Positions 62,050 to 64,000 of a DNA stretch of 64,000 nt are shown here, in pieces. The DNA comes from Balanoglossus misakiensis (Eukaryota > Animalia > Hemichordata), in NCBI GenBank assembly GCA_040954595.2, contig CM082584.2, forward strand, positions 11,312,552 through 11,376,551, written 5' to 3'. A model generated the notes under the pieces. The model did not search any database. It saw only the letters and a program-made list of their open reading frames with translations, and was not told the DNA's origin. The position numbers and the translations under genes are program-made. Positions within the stretch are counted from its first letter, which is position 1, and each line of letters starts with the position of its first letter.

Positions 62050-63067
62050 ATGAATTTTGTTAGGTCCTTGTTTCGATCGCTTCGTTCGCAGAAGAAATTA
62101 GTAGGGACTGATCATCTTGGAAACAAGTATTTTGAAGTTCCAGAGAGGACAACACCATTTGGTGAGTCAAAATAACAAGTGGTATCAGTTAACTGTTTAT
62201 GCGTGATTTCAAGCAACGATGTATGATGTAATGATGTATGTTGCAGTGGCTTGGTGTATATTTTTAAACTGTCCACTCCAGAATGATCCTTTCCTTACCA
62301 AGCTAAAGAAAGAATATTGATTGCATCATGTTCATACTTTTGTAGGAGGTCACAGAAGAGCTCGGAGGTTTATCGAATCCAATTTTTCACATGAGGAGTA
62401 CACCCCAGGAATGGTTCCCATTGAATGGGAAGGTATGTTATTCCTTGTATGTGTTGTATTAAAGAGCAGAAAGTTAGAAGAATTTCACTTTTAATTCCTT
62501 CAACAAAATGAGCACCACTGAATCCATTTCTTTGGTAGAAGTGTCATTGAATTTCTTCATGAAGTCCACACTACGTAACCGATAATCTTGCAAAACTGGT
62601 TAACTAAAAATCAAGCAAACATTTCAATTGCAGCATGGATACGCTTAAAAAGGAAAGAACCACCAACTGAGCAAGAGGTGCTTGGACGTGAAAGAATGAC
62701 ACAGATAGTCAAAGAGCGAGCCAAAGAACTGGAAAGGAAAGATATAGAGGTACGTAAGCTTGGAATAAGTGTTGATGGGTAACAGGGGGAAACTGTCCTA
62801 GAACCACTGATTGAAGTCCAAGTACAAATCTAAAAGTTGACTTGCAGTGTATGTCCCGTGTTATAATGTATGTAAATTTAACTTTTTTTTTTTGCACAGC
62901 GCCAAGATAGAGAGTATCAGGAAGGTTTGGTTGCCAAGTCAACGCAGACGATTCCCAAGGGACACGCATCTGCCCCGTTCTACCAAAACACTGAGAGTTC
63001 TCCCGAGGCTACCCAGACAGGAAAAGATTTCCAACCAGGTGCATGGCAGCCAAGTACAAAGAAATGA
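62050..63067 (+). CDS. NDUFAF2: NADH dehydrogenase complex I assembly factor 2 (mimitin, NDUFA12 family)
   Basis: Exons 62050-62161, 62346-62432, 62634-62749, 62900-63067. Basic N-terminus MNFVRSLFRSLRSQKK, VGTDHLGNKYFE, VPIEWEAWIRLKRKEPPT, and the NDUFAF2-type tail KGHASAPFY...FQPGAWQP. Confidence 0.94.
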
Positions 63068-64000
63068 CAAGAACTCAACTCGTCACAAATGCAAAATAAG
63101 GCACTATCATGACCCCTATATGACCCTTGCATCCTTGTACTTCCGATGGTATGGGCTTGGCAAGGCACATATCTAATGACCAGAACACTTAGTTGCATGA
63201 ATGTCAGTGCATTTCTAACCTAAAGTGGGTCATACTAAGTATTTAAATACAAATGTACATATAAAACAATTTGTTGCCAGAAATTTCAATTTCCTGATAG
63301 CTGAGATAAAAATTGTGTAGTTATTTTGAACGTATGCACTGGTATCAAGCCATATGATGGACTTTTTTGTAGAATAAATGTGTGTAAAGTTTAAGTTTTT
63401 TTTTGTAGTTCAGTATCATTGCAAGAGCTTTGTAACAGCAGTGTTATCAAAAACTTTAGAGGGAAACAATAGGAAAACACATCACACATACACAGTCACA
63501 CACTATGAGATTATTATTATAATAATGTATAAAACAACCAGTAATAGATATCCATTCATTTTATTTGTCAAAAGGAACAATGACGTACAAAAGAGCTTTC
63601 AACTTTTAAAATTCCATAACTTACCAAATTATTTCACAAACTAAATATCACTACGGCCACCCCAGAGTCAAAATTATTATTACAAGATTGGTTCATGTCA
63701 GAAATCAAATTGATATTTTTTAGTCTTCATAAAAGATTGAAAAGATAAAAATTCTGGTCAGCTGTGACACCCCCTCCCCCATACCACACCCAAAACTATA
63801 GCTGCAACAGTGAGTCCCAGAATGCCCCTTGCATTTTGCAAGAGCTTTGTAGGCAGCAGAACATGAATCTTTCAGAGTATTTGTGTTGCATATTGTCATG
63901 ATCAGAAAACATGATCAGAGATTAAAATATATACAAAGTAAGTTGAACTCTTCAATTTATTCAAAATTCAGAATGGTATTTCATGTCAGCGACACATTAG

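Noticed and set aside
1-64000. CRISPR arrays, tRNA/rRNA genes, selenoprotein TGA read-through, U12 introns, transposase ORFs
   Set aside because: None recognised. Introns examined were GT-AG without the U12 5' consensus, and no in-frame TGA was needed in the models.

Overview
Eukaryotic (animal) genomic DNA with spliceosomal GT-AG introns. The proteins resemble vertebrate orthologues, and an invertebrate deuterostome is plausible but cannot be established from the sequence. Gene order: (1) >12 kb of intron, then the 3' exons of an ADAMTS6/10-type metalloprotease (+). (2) Glycogen debranching enzyme AGL (-), head-to-head with the splicing factor YJU2B/CCDC130 (+). (3) A BTB-BACK-Kelch gene with one coding exon (-), head-to-head with a tandem triplication of HSDL2 (+). 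(4) An intron-containing, uncharacterised HD-superfamily phosphohydrolase (-). (5) The divergent ERCC8 (CSA)/NDUFAF2 pair, arranged as in human. The most unusual item is the HSDL2 cluster. The full-length SDR+SCP2 copy has no canonical C-terminal peroxisomal signal, whereas both SCP2-less duplicates end in SKL. One duplicate has lost the catalytic-tetrad Asn, and exon 2 appears homogenised across all three copies. Non-coding DNA carries a dispersed ~90-bp TTAA-flanked piggyBac-type MITE family and several palindromic mini-elements. No prokaryotic systems, CRISPR arrays, tRNA or rRNA genes were recognised. All exon coordinates were read by eye.
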